Assembly (NCBI GenBank): GCA_963667015.2
Contig: CAXXJJ010000001.1
Coordinates: forward strand, 1,952,001-2,016,000
Length of the DNA: 64,000 nucleotides
Direction of reading: 5' to 3'
Source: Desulfatiglandales bacterium
Lineage (GTDB): Bacteria; Desulfobacterota; DSM-4660; Desulfatiglandales; HGW-15
Below are positions 9,715-19,468 of this stretch, in pieces (positions within the stretch are counted from its first letter, which is position 1; every line of letters starts with the position of its first letter). The position numbers and the translations under genes were made by a program. A model generated the notes under the pieces. It made no database searches, was not told where the DNA came from, and worked only from the letters and a program-made list of their open reading frames with translations.

Positions 9715-11121
9715 TTACCAGTAACTCTGCAATCCCTTATGGGGGGCCTCCATAGAGTTAATCTTTGACCATTTATCCGAATCCGGTATTGACCGTTCAG
9801 AAGGAGATTCCTTCAGGTATCTATCTTTAAAGATTTGAATCTCTTCTCCGGTAATCTCAACGTCAGGAAGGGCACGCCACCTTTCAGCCGTTATTTTTTT
9901 CCTGCCATTCAGACGGACTTCCTTGAATACATTCCTGTAGGAAGCTGAAGAACTGAGAGTCGAGTCAAAATAGGAGAGGGTGCCAGATAATTGTTTATCT
10001 AAATATTTCAAGACAGAACCTGTGAATGAAAATTTCATGGATTTGGGTTCATAGTATACTGATGACTCAGGTTCTCCATCTTCTTTCATTCTTGATGTTA
10101 TCCTGCCCACCTCTTCTTTTGTTAATTTAACTGAAAGACTCCTTATAAATCCAGCGCCGGTGATCTCCTCATGTGGTTTCAGCAGGCAGGGAGCAGATCG
10201 CTGACGTGACCGGATTCTCTGAAAATTGTTTCTGTATACAAAGGAGCAGTAATTGATCGGCAGCCTGATATCTGACTCAACTGCAAATTTAATAGTTTTC
10301 AGCGCAGCAAGTTCCGATTCCAGTACTGTCGCATCCTGGCCATGAAGAAAGGTATATCCCCTCTCAATGAATTTTTTATAATTATATGAGGTGCAGCGGA
10401 GCTGATGAAGGTTAAGGAATTTGACGCCGCTTTCAAGCAGTTGCGGGAGAAGACTGCATAGTAGATCATGATCTTCAGGTACTGCAGGAATTTCTACAGT
10501 TACAGTAGGAATATACCGGGATGCAAGCATTACCTTTTCAAGATTATAGTTCTGGGCAAAAAGGTTCAGCCTGATTTCGTTAAGACCCGCGTCTTTTAAT
10601 TTTTTCAGGTTTTCTTCAGTTAGGAGAATTCCATTAGTGTAAAGCCATTTATGGATTTTATCTTCAAATCGTCTTTGTACCGCAGAAAGAAACCTGGTGG
10701 ATCTGTCAATGGTTAACAGTGGTTCTCCACCGCTTATGCTGACTCCCTTTATCCCAAAAGCTGACAGGTAATCCAGATAATCGTGAGGAGAAGTAAACTG
10801 GAGTGCATTTGTAACAGGTTCTCCAAACTCTGTTTGTTCGGAAGGACAGAAAAAGCAGTGTCCGTTGCATTTTCCATTTATAAAAAGACAGGACCATGTT
10901 CCTTCGCCGCAGTGTCTGCATCCCGGCGATATATCCATGTAATATGGCTTGGTCCCATTGTAACCGAAAGACAGGCTGTCCTTTACAGCGCCAAAAACAG
11001 CAGAACGCTCAGCCTCTGCTGCTTCAGCTTCTTTATCAGAAATCCATTTAAAATTACGATATTCTTCACCGTATTTTTTTTGAATCGCTTCGACGATCCT
11101 ATTCTTTTCATCATCTTTCAT
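9715..11121 (-). CDS. Radical SAM protein of unknown function
   Basis: CNGHCFFC CxxxCxxC motif, SISGGEP, YTNG; extra GCRHC upstream. Confidence 0.85.
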   Translation of the reverse strand: MKDDEKNRIVEAIQKKYGEEYRNFKWISDKEAEAAEAERSAVFGAVKDSLSFGYNGTKPYYMDISPGCRHCGEGTWSCLFINGKCNGHCFFCPSEQTEFGEPVTNALQFTSPHDYLDYLSAFGIKGVSISGGEPLLTIDRSTRFLSAVQRRFEDKIHKWLYTNGILLTEENLKKLKDAGLNEIRLNLFAQNYNLEKVMLASRYIPTVTVEIPAVPEDHDLLCSLLPQLLESGVKFLNLHQLRCTSYNYKKFIERGYTFLHGQDATVLESELAALKTIKFAVESDIRLPINYCSFVYRNNFQRIRSRQRSAPCLLKPHEEITGAGFIRSLSVKLTKEEVGRITSRMKEDGEPESSVYYEPKSMKFSFTGSVLKYLDKQLSGTLSYFDSTLSSSASYRNVFKEVRLNGRKKITAERWRALPDVEITGEEIQIFKDRYLKESPSERSIPDSDKWSKINSMEAPHKGLQSYW

Positions 11122-11273
11122 ATGAAAACTCTAATTGTAAAAAAAATAGCATGCACCACAGGAGAAATTGAGGGTTTATGGCACAGTTAAAGGTCCGAAG
11201 GACCTGTTCCATTCATGGGCAGAATGGAGGGTGAGATTAAGTATCACAATAAATTTGGGATGAAAAGCAATTT

Positions 11274-12203
11274 CTACTCCAGTGGAGGATCTCCATCAAA
11301 ACCTCCTGACGGATTAAGAAAAATCTTCCCCGGCTCTCCGGGCAGGGGAAGAAGCCAGTCCGGGCTGCTGTGTGGAAAAAGCAGTCTGGCCTGCCATTGT
11401 ATAGCAAAATCTTCAGCCTTCATGGCCGGGTATTTTTTATATATTCTTTTTACCATCTCTTCTGCTGATTTTGCGGTACTGTATACCTCCTCATAGTTAT
11501 CAAGATACTCAATAGACCAGTCGACACAGTCCGTATAGGAACTTGATTGATCCTTTTGAACTGCATCCATTATACGGATCTTTTCTTCATCACAATGACC
11601 CGGGATAATTATTCTCGGGTCAAAATCCTTTAGCCGGGCAATATCTTTTCTCCATTTGGAACGCCTTTTAACATTGCTTTCAATAGACCATAAATGACAG
11701 TCGTGAAACGCTATGTCTGTCGCACAGACAACACCAATAGAGGGTACCCATACAACAGAGTTGTTTATGCTGTCACCCTCCTAGCCATCCGAAAGGATGA
11801 TCTCCTCACCTTCCAGTTCAAGCCCTGGCTCAGCAAGGGGCATGGGTATTGTGGTAGCTTTCGGGATTTCTCCCGGTCCGAACCGGTCTATTGCCCACAT
11901 ATCAATTTTGTCGTTTGACGTGAAAACAATATCTTTTACAACGCTTGGAAGTGCTACAATTTTTGCATCAGGAAAGGCAAATTTGAGCACTGCCAGCCCG
12001 AAATGGTGATCAGGATGAAAGTGAGAAACATAGATATGGGTCAGCCTTTTTCTCATCGGCAGGATCTCGGATACCATCCGATGAGAGTCGCTCATGATCT
12101 GAGATGCATCAATCAGTATTGCATCCTCTTCACCATATAAGAGTGTGGAGTTGCTGTTAAAACCCAGATAGCTGTGAAGAAATACCTTGAATTTTAAAGC
12201 CAT
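11274..12203 (-). pseudogene. MBL-fold metallo-hydrolase with in-frame TAG at 11781-11783 (nonsense allele or amber readthrough)
   Basis: SD AGGAGG + ATG at 12203; HFHPDH motif before the TAG; the frame continues ...SDG*EGDSINNSVVWVPS...ATDIAF...IIPGH into ORF 11274..11570. Confidence 0.8.
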
Positions 12204-12373
12204 GATATTTTCCCTCCTGAACAGGGTTGGTAACAAAATATGATATCTCTTTTTAACAGTATACATAAGGTCCTGTAAAGAAAAAGACCTCATAAAAGAT
12301 TGCATGATTTTACTGTCATTGCAACTCCCCTGGGACTGAAATGATTATTTCCGGTTAATAATTATATACAAAC

Positions 12374-12401
12374 TTGACTAACCGCGGTAAGGCTTTATCT
12401 T
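12374..12401 (+). promoter_or_regulatory. Putative sigma70 promoter for uORF-yidC
   Basis: TTGACT-N16-TATCTT ending 7 nt before the ATG at 12409. Confidence 0.4.
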
Positions 12402-12408
12402 AGGAAAC

Positions 12409-12678
12409 ATGGAAACAAAAATATCAACTATCCCCAGCGAAAACGTTTTCTTTCTCCTGATCGGGGTGCTTTTTTTTAGTTCCCTGATTCTATTGGGTAG
12501 TTGGGGCTATGTATCCGGTGATGTTTTGATGTTTTCATTCGTGGCATTTATTCTTTCCATTACCGCTGTATTTTTCAAAAAGACGGCTGTTTTAAAATCT
12601 CATCGAGTCAGACAAATATATCAGCCCATGATATCCCGAAAGGACCTTACACACCGTAATGATCCTTTGCTGATGTAA
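12409..12678 (+). CDS. Small two-TM membrane protein upstream of yidC, candidate arrest/monitoring peptide
   Basis: Two hydrophobic segments (about aa 13-35 and 39-56) then a basic tail ending THRNDPLLM. Confidence 0.65.
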   Translation: METKISTIPSENVFFLLIGVLFFSSLILLGSWGYVSGDVLMFSFVAFILSITAVFFKKTAVLKSHRVRQIYQPMISRKDLTHRNDPLLM

Positions 12679-12736
12679 GTCACCACATTTCTTTCCATAA
12701 AAATCATCAATAATTTTTTAAATCCGGAGGAAAACA

Positions 12737-13534
12737 ATGGATCATGAAATCTCTCGCATTATTCTGGCATTAATATTAACCGGTCTTGTTATATTTGCAT
12801 GGAATTATTATCGGTCTGTGTATAGCAGTAGAACTTCAGAATCGGCACCTGTCATTCAGAAGGAAGAAAAAGTGGAAACACAAAAGGCAGATATTCGAAA
12901 GGATCTATCAATCTATAAAAACTGCGGTCCATTAAAAATAGTAGTCTTTCCTTTATATAAGACGCTGGAATACATAAACAGTAAAATAAATAATCCCGGT
13001 ATAGCACTGATTCTTTTCACCCTGATAATCCGGTTACTGATAATGCCGTTAAATATTAAACAGATCAAGAGTTCAAAAAGTATGGCAGGTCTGAAGGATG
13101 AAATTGAAAAAATTAAAAACAGGTATAAGGACAACCCGCTGGAAATGCAAAAGGCCGTTGGGAATTTTTTTAAAGCGAAGGGTATCAACCCATTCGGAAG
13201 CATAGGAGTGGCGGTAATTCAGATTCCTCTATTCATTGCCCTGTATAAAATAGTACGTGAAGCTGATTTTTTTTCAGGAGCCCCTTTAGGACTGTGGATT
13301 AATGATCTTGGTGCTGCTGACCCGTATTATATCCTGCCTGTTATTACCGGTTCTATGGTGTTCCTCGGGACAAAATTTGCAGATAGTACAGCGGTTCAGA
13401 TGCCGAAATGGACAATATATCTTTTACCTGTCATATCTATTGTTTTCCTTTGGAATCAACCCGCAGGTCTTGCACTGTATATTATGGTTGGAAGTGTGTT
13501 TCAGCTTGGTATGAATTTTATGGTCTACAGGTGA
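12737..13534 (+). CDS. yidC: Short YidC/Oxa1 membrane protein insertase, secondary copy lacking the large P1 domain
   Basis: LFTLIIRLLIMPL with the conserved Arg, GINPFG, QIPLFIALY, LWINDLGAADPYYILP, PAGLALY. Confidence 0.88.
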   Translation: MDHEISRIILALILTGLVIFAWNYYRSVYSSRTSESAPVIQKEEKVETQKADIRKDLSIYKNCGPLKIVVFPLYKTLEYINSKINNPGIALILFTLIIRLLIMPLNIKQIKSSKSMAGLKDEIEKIKNRYKDNPLEMQKAVGNFFKAKGINPFGSIGVAVIQIPLFIALYKIVREADFFSGAPLGLWINDLGAADPYYILPVITGSMVFLGTKFADSTAVQMPKWTIYLLPVISIVFLWNQPAGLALYIMVGSVFQLGMNFMVYR

Positions 13535-13547
13535 TTTTATTTAGGTT

Positions 13548-14057
13548 TCAAACCCGTCTCTTATCTTGAGTTAAAATCAAAATAAAATAAGCCGTTATGG
13601 TGCCTGCAAGTATGGCAGCAAGATCATATAGGTCGAATGTCCCCTTTTTAAAATAGCCCTCAACCGCCTCAAGAAAGGGAATTCTTTTAAACCATTCAGG
13701 CACTGCTTTTATAAAAAAGGAACTGTATTTCTGGCCGAATTCAAATAGGCAGTCAACAACAAGCCAGGATAAACAGATGATATGATACCCCTTTTTGCCG
13801 CATGAAATAATTCCTGCTGTTATCAGGATGAAAGACAGGGGATGTATAAAATCAGGCAGGTAGTTTCCCAGCGGTCCAAAAAATGCCGGAAGGGTCTTAT
13901 GTAAAGTTTCTATGGTTCTATAGTGGTTAAAGAAATAAGTATGCTCAGGCGGACGATCGATCAGGTAGACAAGTGCTCCAATCAGAAGAAAAAGTATACC
14001 CAGTAATATCTGCAGCCGGTTAATGCTGCAGGTCTGTTTATTTAGATTATTACCCAT
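13548..14057 (-). CDS. Hypothetical membrane protein
   Basis: About 4 hydrophobic segments; GTFDLYD near the C-terminus. Confidence 0.7.
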   Translation of the reverse strand: MGNNLNKQTCSINRLQILLGILFLLIGALVYLIDRPPEHTYFFNHYRTIETLHKTLPAFFGPLGNYLPDFIHPLSFILITAGIISCGKKGYHIICLSWLVVDCLFEFGQKYSSFFIKAVPEWFKRIPFLEAVEGYFKKGTFDLYDLAAILAGTITAYFILILTQDKRRV

Positions 14058-14175
14058 AAAATAGCATTCTGCTGCATGATAATATGTACTGTTGACACTC
14101 TCTATCTATCTGCCTGTACTTCATTCATTAAGAAACCAACCTTACTATCTACCACATTAAAAAGGAGAAAATCAA

Positions 14176-14355
14176 ATGCGAAGAGTATCGGAATAGGGTA
14201 ATGGTAATCCCGAAAGGAAGGCGGTCCTTGATTCCTATGGCTATTATGAGGAAGAGATGGAAAAGGTGAACGGACAATGGCTGTTCACTAAAAGGATTAT
14301 CTACAACGAACAGATGGCCGAATGGATTGGATCCAGGAAAAACCCGGCCTGGTAA
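14176..14355 (+). pseudogene. Remnant of a SnoaL/NTF2-like protein gene with an in-frame TAG at codon 7
   Basis: SD AAGGAG + ATG; MRRVSE*GNGNPERKAVLDSYGYYEEEMEKVNGQWLFTKRIIYNE resembles a SnoaL_4 C-terminus (GxYxDxxxKxxGxWxxxxR). Confidence 0.55.
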
Positions 14356-14458
14356 TAAAATCTTTAAAAAATATTTACAGAAAATTAAATATATGTTTTA
14401 TATTAAAAAATATTTGATCCTAATGAGACCTATAAAGCCATTTTATTCAGGAGGAAAA

Positions 14459-14725
14459 ATGAAGAAGTTATTATCTGTTATTGTATTGTTAATGTTGCTT
14501 AGTGGCTGTGTTACGTCAACCGGAGGAGAAACCATCACCACTGCAGTTATAAGAGGCGTCACAATTCATGTGACCGACAGCAGTAATACAGTCCAGGAGA
14601 AACTTGGAAAACCTGATGAATTGTCCGGAACCAGGTGGTATTACAAAGGAACGCAAGGTGAACCTACATATATCCTGATCATGGATGGTTCTGTTCAAAG
14701 CATATTAAAAGTAGAATCAAAATAA
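14459..14725 (+). CDS. Small lipoprotein (DUF2845/SmpA-like fold possible)
   Basis: SD AGGAGG, lipobox LSGC, VQEKLGKPD...WYY. Confidence 0.7.
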   Translation: MKKLLSVIVLLMLLSGCVTSTGGETITTAVIRGVTIHVTDSSNTVQEKLGKPDELSGTRWYYKGTQGEPTYILIMDGSVQSILKVESK

Positions 14726-15207
14726 ATTAATAAGCAGATTCTTCTGCAAATTCGGACAGGTTAAATTTTTCTTTGAATCATATAACCTGTCCATTTTTTT
14801 GATTCTTATTATTCCCGCCTGGACCTGCCCGTCGATTCCTCGCTAATTTTTATCCATTAAAGTTTTTTACATTTTGGGTGTTCCATATTAAATCTCGCTT
14901 CCGACTCATACTTAATAAAAAAGATATCCTAATGCAGGAATGGCAGAAAATATAAGACAAAAACTGATTTTAAAAGAGAAATATCTACAGATATCAGTCA
15001 GTTTTGCCGATGTTTGTGTTTGAATCATTTGGTTGTTTTATTGAATACTTACCGGCGTCCTCAGTAGCTATGTCATGGGCCTGTACCTTCACTAGCTGCA
15101 CCCAGTCCAACCGCCTTATGAAAAGTTCCTAGTTGAGTAGCCTCAATCTTATTAATAAGTTTAGCTGTTTCCCAGCTGCCTTCCTATCAACTTCAAAAAA
15201 TATTCGC

Positions 15208-15609
15208 AGCCGTGAAGAAGCGGTGCCTATTGAAAAGATGAGAGGAAATGAAACAGTTCTGATAGTTGATGACGTTGTGGAGCAACGGCAGATTGCATCT
15301 TTAATCCTGCAAAAAATGGGTTAATCGGTTGTAACACTGGCGAGCGGTGAAGATGCGGTGGAATATATGAAAAATCATTCAGTAGATCTGATTATTCTTG
15401 ATATAATAATGGACCCCGGCATTGATGGTCTGGAGATATATAAGAGGATTCTTGAATTTCGTCCTGATCAGAAGGCGATTATTGCAAGTGGCGATTCTGA
15501 ACCTGATCGCGTCCGTGAAGCACAGAAGATAGGTATCCGCGCCTATATTAAAAAACCCTATTCTGTGGAAAACATCGGGCTGGTAATAAGGGCCGAGCTT
15601 GATGAATAG
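15208..15609 (+). pseudogene. C-terminal receiver-domain remnant of a hybrid histidine kinase with in-frame TAA
   Basis: GNETVLIVDD...LQKMG*SVVTLASGEDAVEYMK...LIILDIIMDPGIDG; TAA at 15322-15324 where GY is expected; no kinase part upstream. Confidence 0.75.
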
Positions 15610-15642
15610 CCAACAGGTCAGGCTGACCTGAGAATTTTGTTG

Positions 15643-16074
15643 TTATTCCTGTATCCTATCCAGCCGTGCTTCAAGCATTTCAACCTTATCTATTTTGCCC
15701 AAATGTTCATTACATTTAACCATGTTTTCCAGTATGCTTGCCAGTTGCGGGTTATCTTTTCCCAGGTGTTCTTCCGCAATTTTAAGAGACTTTTCGTACA
15801 GCTCTTCTGCTTTTTCATACTGACCCTCGGAAATATATAATAATGCGATATTGTTGAGAGATACTGAAACATAGGGATGTTTTTCCCCGTATGTTTTTTC
15901 AGCTACACTCACTGCTTCTTTGGCGACCTCGATGGCCTCAAGGGTCTTTCCGCTCTTGTACAGTGTCTCAAGCTTTTTATTAAGCTTGTTATACAATTCC
16001 GGCTGTGCATTAGCAACCAGGGTAAAAGAAGTAGCCAGAATAATCATCAGTAAAAATTTTAGTAATGTTCTCAT
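15643..16074 (-). CDS. Exported tetratricopeptide repeat protein
   Basis: Signal peptide; GEKHPYVSVSLNNIALLY..GQYEKAEELYEKSL repeats. Confidence 0.88.
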   Translation of the reverse strand: MRTLLKFLLMIILATSFTLVANAQPELYNKLNKKLETLYKSGKTLEAIEVAKEAVSVAEKTYGEKHPYVSVSLNNIALLYISEGQYEKAEELYEKSLKIAEEHLGKDNPQLASILENMVKCNEHLGKIDKVEMLEARLDRIQE

Positions 16075-16447
16075 TTCCCTATTCCTCCTTATTAATATTA
16101 TTTTTAAATGTCACTGTTGTAACTGTAATAAAAGGTAAATGATTTAAGATGCGTTTGCTTTTAAAATATATGTAGAGATTCAGGATAATATCCATTATCG
16201 CATTGAATCGTAGATCTTATTACCTAAAAAGATTATTAGTTTAGACAGGGCTCCTGATAAAACCAATATCAGGAGCAGGGTATGCATAATTTTGGTTGTA
16301 TCTCCATCTTTAGTCTCCTCTGTTAAAGATTCTTGATTACAACCTCAATTAACCGAAATAACTATAACTCTATTTCATAGATTTGTGAAGTGTTATTTAT
16401 AACTTGCGCAACAGGGTTCTTTATGTATTTAAAAGTGGAAATAGTAA

Positions 16448-18298
16448 TTATTCCCCATCAGTTGATAATTGTTCCATATCCGCTGCCACAGCAAAATCGG
16501 CATTATAGTTAAGGACTGCCCATGCTGTTTTTGTTTTTGGATCAATGCCATAGGTGCCCAAACCATACCTGGGCTCATATTTTCCAACGATAAACTTCTT
16601 TTCGCCTCCAAAATTTTCATCAACTGCATTAACCCATTTTCCATTGACAAAGGTGGCAACCCCGATTTTGCCTTTTTTGAGGGAAGGGATTTTATTTTTA
16701 TCAATAGAAACTGAAAGGACATAAATATCGGTTCTGCCATTACTGCCCAGTTCAGACATCCCCCAGATGGAAAAGATATTGCTTTTCAGGTTAATCTGAT
16801 CGGGACTCTTAACCCAGCCGGTCTCAATCGATTTTGTCAGGCCGCGGTTGTTCCCGTCTTTTGCAACGCTGCTATTGAATCCTGCTATTATCCCGGCCTT
16901 TGTTTTTCCCATACTGTCCTGAACAGCAGTGTACGGTTCTCCCTGCTTAACCAGAAACTCCCTGCCATTGAGGCTGTAGCCAAATGTTTCCTTTTTTATA
17001 AAATTAAGACCAGGTGTAACACCCTTCGGGTATTTGGGGTTATTGTCTCCATAGGGATAACTGTTTCCGGATTGAAAGTGTCCTTTTGCATCGGAATAGT
17101 ATTCAGCTATTAACCGCGGACCATCAACTGTGTACACATAGTAGCCTATATTTTTTGATTCCTGTGAGAGAGGTATCTCACGGCTTTTTTGACCAGACCA
17201 CTGGTCAGGGATTGTAATATTACCCTGCCTGTCTTTTTTAGGATTGGGGATGGGTGCAGGTTCATAAAATTTGGTACTTAAACCTGCGGCTATTACTTCC
17301 TGAAATTTAAACTTTCCATCAGGACTCTTTATGATGGATCTATGATGAATATGGTCATGGGCTCCGAGATACAGTTTAGCCCCGTTTATATACATGCTTT
17401 CAAAGAAAATGTTTTGCGCCTCTGGATTATGATCCAGCCCATATGCCTTTTGGCCGAAAAGTGTATTCGGGTTAAAAGGAGAATCAGTGTGGTTCTGGCT
17501 TATTGGGACACGATGAGCTAAAACAATCGCATGGGTGGTATTCCGGCTGCTTTTATTCAGCCTGTCATTTATCCAGTCCTGCTGGGAAGGTATGGGATAA
17601 TTTTTACATTCCATTGACTGGAATGGACTGGTGCTGCCGTCAGAATTAGAATCTTTTGCCTCGCATCTGACGTCTTCTGTGTCTAAAAAAACAAACCTTA
17701 CATTGTTATTTTCTTGTCCAAAATCAAAGGAATAGCTCAGGCCTTTCAGTTCATCATTATACTTTCTATCCAGGGTTGTCGGGCTGGACAGATTGGATAC
17801 GCCAAACATCTCTTTTTTAGTTTGAGGAAAATTATCAAGCAGTTCCGCTATCTCGTTTTCAACAGGAGTTTTGCTGAACAGCCAGCCGTATGTTTCATGG
17901 TTGCCTCTCATGGGGAAAAAGCCAATACCTGCATCATACAGTGCCTTTGCATATTCAGCCCTGGTGGCCATTGCACCCTCTTTAGCCCTGTCAGACATAT
18001 CTCCCAGTGCTATAACAAACTTTACGCCATGCCTGATAAATTCATTATCGACCTGTGTCAGGATAGATCCTGCAACAAAATTCGGATTTAATGTATCTTC
18101 GGCGATTGTCCACTGAGTGTCAGCCATTACTCCAAATGACCATGCATCCTGTGAAAGGTATCTCCCGCCACCTTCGGCCAGGGCGAGGGTGGAGAAAATC
18201 AGCAGTGAAATGAGGCTGATCAATGATGAACTGATTACAGTTTTTAATTTTATCAGATTTCCGATTGATTTTATTTTAGCATAGTACCTGTGTGTCAT
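16448..18298 (-). CDS. Secreted calcineurin-like metallophosphoesterase, paralog 1
   Basis: Signal peptide; ADTQ, GDMSD, RGNHE, AHR, GAHDH motifs. Confidence 0.85.
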   Translation of the reverse strand: MTHRYYAKIKSIGNLIKLKTVISSSLISLISLLIFSTLALAEGGGRYLSQDAWSFGVMADTQWTIAEDTLNPNFVAGSILTQVDNEFIRHGVKFVIALGDMSDRAKEGAMATRAEYAKALYDAGIGFFPMRGNHETYGWLFSKTPVENEIAELLDNFPQTKKEMFGVSNLSSPTTLDRKYNDELKGLSYSFDFGQENNNVRFVFLDTEDVRCEAKDSNSDGSTSPFQSMECKNYPIPSQQDWINDRLNKSSRNTTHAIVLAHRVPISQNHTDSPFNPNTLFGQKAYGLDHNPEAQNIFFESMYINGAKLYLGAHDHIHHRSIIKSPDGKFKFQEVIAAGLSTKFYEPAPIPNPKKDRQGNITIPDQWSGQKSREIPLSQESKNIGYYVYTVDGPRLIAEYYSDAKGHFQSGNSYPYGDNNPKYPKGVTPGLNFIKKETFGYSLNGREFLVKQGEPYTAVQDSMGKTKAGIIAGFNSSVAKDGNNRGLTKSIETGWVKSPDQINLKSNIFSIWGMSELGSNGRTDIYVLSVSIDKNKIPSLKKGKIGVATFVNGKWVNAVDENFGGEKKFIVGKYEPRYGLGTYGIDPKTKTAWAVLNYNADFAVAADMEQLSTDGE

Positions 18299-18391
18299 GA
18301 ATATTCCTCCTGAAGTATCCGCATTACTTTATTCTGAGCATGAATAGGGAAAACATACTTTACTGATAAAAAAATTAAAAGCTAAATAGTT

Positions 18392-18461
18392 ACGAAAAAG
18401 AGATCGGGGTTTGAGCTGAAATCAGTCCAGCCGATTTCAGCTCTTCCCCTAACCCCGATCT
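18392..18461 (-). terminator. Long-stem terminator after hflK
   Basis: AGATCGGGGTT/AACCCCGATCT and GAGCTGAAATC/GATTTCAGCTC arms; T run follows on the minus strand. Confidence 0.6.
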
Positions 18462-18490
18462 ACACTCCCTGGCGTCTTTTTTATATGAAA

Positions 18491-19462
18491 CTAATTTGAA
18501 AGAAGCCTTAAATCAATAATTCGCTCTTTTCCTGAATTATCGACAAGTATTATCTTTTTTAAGGCTGGAAAATTACTCTGGATAAAATCGAGATACATTC
18601 TCTGCTTTGTTATCTTTTTGGCCTTACTGTATTCATTAAGCTGCTGTTTAAAACGATTAACTTCTCCCTGTGCACGACTTACAACCTCATATTTATATCC
18701 CAATGCTTCTTCTTCTATCTGCATGGCCATACCTTTTGTTTTTGGTAAATTTTCATTCCTGTAGGATTCTGCGTTGTTAACCAGTTCTCTTTTCTGGATC
18801 TGTGCATTTATGACCCGTTCAAAGTATGTTCTTACTCCCTGATGTGGCGATACTTCTTTGATCTCAATGGCGCCTATTCCCAGTCCGCTTTCAAGTAGAT
18901 CAAGGTTTTGCTGAATTTCTCTTTTAAGATAGACCTCAACACTTTTTTTGCCAACAGTCAGAATGTCATCCACTGTTTTTGATGCCAGGCTTTTAATTGC
19001 AGCAGAACATGCTATCTGCCTTAAGTAATCTTCATTGCTTTTCAGGTTAAAGAGGTATTTTACCGGGTCGATAATGTTATATCTGACTAAAAAATCTATA
19101 AAAACAATATTGTTGTCGCCGGTTATACAATAGGAAGAAAGGCCTGTAAATTTTCTGAATGCATTTTCTCTCGTATCGGAGGTCACAAGAGAGAAATCTT
19201 TTATCTCTATGGTATGGGTTGTTTTTACAGGCACCTTGGTGACTGTATCTATTGGCCATGGTAGCCTGTAATGACCTCCCGGTTCAACCTTTCCGTCTAT
19301 TACCTTGCCGAATCTTTGAACCACACCCAGCTCGCTCTCTGAGACCTTGTAAAAGCCTGACAGCAGGTAAACAACAGATAACCCGGCCACAATTACCATT
19401 AAAAAATATCTGATTAAGGCCCTGGTGGTGTCTTTTAAATGATGTCTGATTGTCTTGGTCAT
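18491..19462 (-). CDS. hflK: HflK-like SPFH protein
   Basis: One TM, GVVQRFGK...PGGHYRLPWPID, ITGDNNIV, coiled coil ending RMYLD. Confidence 0.82.
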   Translation of the reverse strand: MTKTIRHHLKDTTRALIRYFLMVIVAGLSVVYLLSGFYKVSESELGVVQRFGKVIDGKVEPGGHYRLPWPIDTVTKVPVKTTHTIEIKDFSLVTSDTRENAFRKFTGLSSYCITGDNNIVFIDFLVRYNIIDPVKYLFNLKSNEDYLRQIACSAAIKSLASKTVDDILTVGKKSVEVYLKREIQQNLDLLESGLGIGAIEIKEVSPHQGVRTYFERVINAQIQKRELVNNAESYRNENLPKTKGMAMQIEEEALGYKYEVVSRAQGEVNRFKQQLNEYSKAKKITKQRMYLDFIQSNFPALKKIILVDNSGKERIIDLRLLSN

Positions 19463-19468
19463 TTATTT

